A DNA stretch of 64,000 bases from Candidatus Altiarchaeota archaeon (GTDB taxonomy: Archaea > Altiarchaeota > Altiarchaeia > IMC4 > SCGC-AAA252-I15): positions 1,975 to 65,974 of the forward strand of contig JAZDMS010000017.1 of NCBI GenBank assembly GCA_043800705.1, read 5' to 3'. A program made the translations under genes and the position numbers. Of this stretch, positions 62,364 through 64,000 are shown one piece after another. Under the pieces are notes generated by a model. That model worked only from the letters and a program-made list of their open reading frames with translations, made no database searches and had not been told where the DNA came from. Numbering within the stretch: the first letter of the stretch is position 1; every line of letters starts with the position of its first letter.

Positions 62364-63170
62364 GTGAAGCATTCCCCAACAGTCTGTTATTTTGTATTGA
62401 TCCCGGTTCTGTTGTGCGGTTGCATTTGTATCGACCAGAGGTCGGATGCGCCTTTTGAGTCCACGTCAACTACTGCGGGGAAAACGTCAGGTTTGGATTT
62501 GATAAAAGTCTGTGAGAGTCTGCCTGATGGAGAAAACAGGGCGGTGTGCCTGGGCCTAGTAAACAGGGACCCTGAGGCCTGCGGGGCGTTGGACTCTCAG
62601 GATGGCCGGGACGGCTGTTATGCGAGGATGGGGGACTACCTCCAGGATGCTACGGTATGCGAGAAGATAGCGGGAGGCGCGCTCCATGACGGGTGTGTGG
62701 ACGTGGTCGGATTCGAGACCGGCAGACAAGACGTGTGCGCGAAGTGCAGGAACAGATTCGACAACATAAAGTGCATGGCCCTTGCAGGTAAAGATGCGGC
62801 ACTCTGCGAGCAGCTCCTTAAGCCTGACATGCGCGCCGTCTGCACCGCCTATGCCAGCGGAAGCCCAACCATGTGCGACACAGTCCAGGATAAGTCAGTC
62901 AAAGACGACTGCTTGATAGTCTTCGCGATACAAAAGCGGGATAAGAACCTATGCGAGAAGATGGAGAGCCTAGACACAAAGGCTTTATGTCTGATGGTCG
63001 TTGGAAAAGACAATGCCGCATGCGGGGGGATGCCGACCGAGGAGCATCGCATCCGCTGCAGCGCAGTCGTCGAAGACGACCCCGCAGTCTGCGACGGACT
63101 CAAGGATACTCAGTCCAGGTCGAACTGCGTGAGAAACTACGTGGAAGTCAAGCTCAACTACTACGACTAG
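62364..63170 (+). CDS. Lipoprotein built from tandem Cys-pair repeats (268 aa, more than 20 Cys)
   Basis: The lipobox-like N-terminus is VLLCGC. At least eight repeats follow of the type (R/K)xxC-x(9-12)-C-xx(L/I/M), e.g. NRAVCLGLVNRDPEACGAL, MRAVCTAYASGSPTMCDTV and TKALCLMVVGKDNAACGGM. GTG start. Confidence 0.65.
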   Translation: MKHSPTVCYFVLIPVLLCGCICIDQRSDAPFESTSTTAGKTSGLDLIKVCESLPDGENRAVCLGLVNRDPEACGALDSQDGRDGCYARMGDYLQDATVCEKIAGGALHDGCVDVVGFETGRQDVCAKCRNRFDNIKCMALAGKDAALCEQLLKPDMRAVCTAYASGSPTMCDTVQDKSVKDDCLIVFAIQKRDKNLCEKMESLDTKALCLMVVGKDNAACGGMPTEEHRIRCSAVVEDDPAVCDGLKDTQSRSNCVRNYVEVKLNYYD

Positions 63171-63940
63171 ACTAGGAAGCTTACTGTGGTGTATGCTCCC
63201 CCTACCAAGACGAAGGTCATCAGCCATATTGGAATACTCAATTTGGCCAGATTATAGCCCTTCATTGGTTTGACTGGGAGCATGTCAGCGAGCACCGAGA
63301 TGGCCGTTGCCGAGCATATCATCTTCGAGACGGTGCTGGGAAAAGCCCAATTTAAGGCTGCGAATGACACCATCAACACAGTGCTATAAACAACCGGTAT
63401 CAGCATCGAAACCAACTTTTTCCGTTTCTTGAGTTCCTTCACCTCCTCAATCAGGAAGCCCTGCGCACCGAAAGCATTACCTAAAAGGCCAGTGACAAGC
63501 GTTGTAAGGCTGCCCGAAACCCATAACCTATACTCAACCTGGAACCCCATTATCCTGTTAATCGACCAATTGAGTAGCATATGCGAAAATCCGAAAACCA
63601 CGCAGATTACGATGTTTAGGATTAAAAGAGGGGGGAAGTCGAATGTCGGTCCGGAATAAGTCCATGTCAAGGCGACCGAACAGACGAATGCAGCGGCCGC
63701 GACTGAGGCGACCTCGCGTATTTTAATCCCGTAAATCGACCAAGCCCCTGGTCTGATATTTTTCCCGCCCTTGCCCCAGTTTGCACAGACTGCCTCCAGC
63801 CATTCCTTCAGGAACCTCAGTGGGGCAGCGAGAACCGATTTAAGCAGACCTAACAAGCTGATGGATGCAGCTCCCGCGGCTGAAGCCGCGATCGGAACGT
63901 ACTCTCTGGGCATAATCCATGAAAGCGGAGAATAATCCAC
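63167..63940 (-). CDS. Hypothetical polytopic membrane protein
   Basis: The GTG at 63940 is preceded by GGAGG 4 nt upstream. The frame stays open to the window end, so the true start could lie outside the window. Confidence 0.5.
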   Translation of the reverse strand: MDYSPLSWIMPREYVPIAASAAGAASISLLGLLKSVLAAPLRFLKEWLEAVCANWGKGGKNIRPGAWSIYGIKIREVASVAAAAFVCSVALTWTYSGPTFDFPPLLILNIVICVVFGFSHMLLNWSINRIMGFQVEYRLWVSGSLTTLVTGLLGNAFGAQGFLIEEVKELKKRKKLVSMLIPVVYSTVLMVSFAALNWAFPSTVSKMICSATAISVLADMLPVKPMKGYNLAKLSIPIWLMTFVLVGGAYTTVSFLV

Positions 63941-64000
63941 CGCCCTCCTATACAGTACGGCCGTGTCTTTCGGATACCCTCCATTATCGGATAGTACCAG

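Noticed and set aside
1-64000. Scan for rRNA, tRNA, CRISPR arrays, IS elements, integrases, reverse transcriptases and known defence-system genes
   Set aside because: I recognised none by eye. The intergenic regions are short apart from those reported, and every large ORF has another assignment. tRNAscan, CRISPR and defence-finder tools should confirm this.

Overview
This 64 kb window reads as a chromosomal segment of a moderately GC-rich archaeon. The archaeal assignment rests on CDP-archaeol synthase, the ribosomal stalk protein P1, a GHMP-type shikimate kinase, an Ogg2-type glycosylase, NurA, TATA-like promoters and very short or overlapping gene junctions. A Thermoplasmata/Methanomassiliicoccales-like origin is my guess only and is unverified. 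Coding density is about 90%, and most genes are housekeeping or transport: topoisomerase IA, an ABC-2 exporter, a MarR-HlyD-MFS efflux operon, IlvE, CarS, Amt-GlnK, a U32 peptidase, PGI, Ogg, MsrA/MsrB, a 2-oxoacid:ferredoxin oxidoreductase, DapL, Adk, PpsA and an OB-fold SSB. I saw no rRNA, tRNA, CRISPR array, transposase or integrase.

The parts I would look at again, most interesting first:
1. 55453-59207: an 889-aa bacterial-type Pat-like protein (ADP-forming acyl-CoA synthetase fused to a GNAT domain) sits 2 nt upstream of a Zn-dependent HDAC/AcuC-type deacetylase. This could be a lysine-acylation writer/eraser module.
2. 53814-54412: a 599-nt non-coding gap holds two homologous elements of about 125 nt. 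Each has a UUCG-capped hairpin with covarying stems that only pairs fully on the minus strand, which suggests an unknown structured RNA.
3. 59208-62363: a segment that looks low in G+C by eye is punctuated by three direct copies of CGCCCCGATCG. It carries an FKBP gene remnant, a PH-like/SHOCT membrane protein and a bacterial-type RsgA GTPase.
4. 47738-50930: an orphan Rad50/SbcC-like zinc-hook ATPase with unknown neighbours, and a solitary NurA about 42 kb away.
5. 36997-37431: an uncharacterised, translationally coupled ORF lies between the korA-like and korB-like subunit genes.
6. 16781-21975: a fused membrane/spermidine-synthase-like gene is coupled to a radical SAM gene with a Tat-like leader. 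Both lie divergent from carS, which is itself coupled to a CrtI-like FAD oxidoreductase.

All calls come from reading the translations and the DNA by eye; no database search was run. Several ORF-track starts are TTG or GTG codons, and I moved them to the nearest plausible ATG/RBS where noted.
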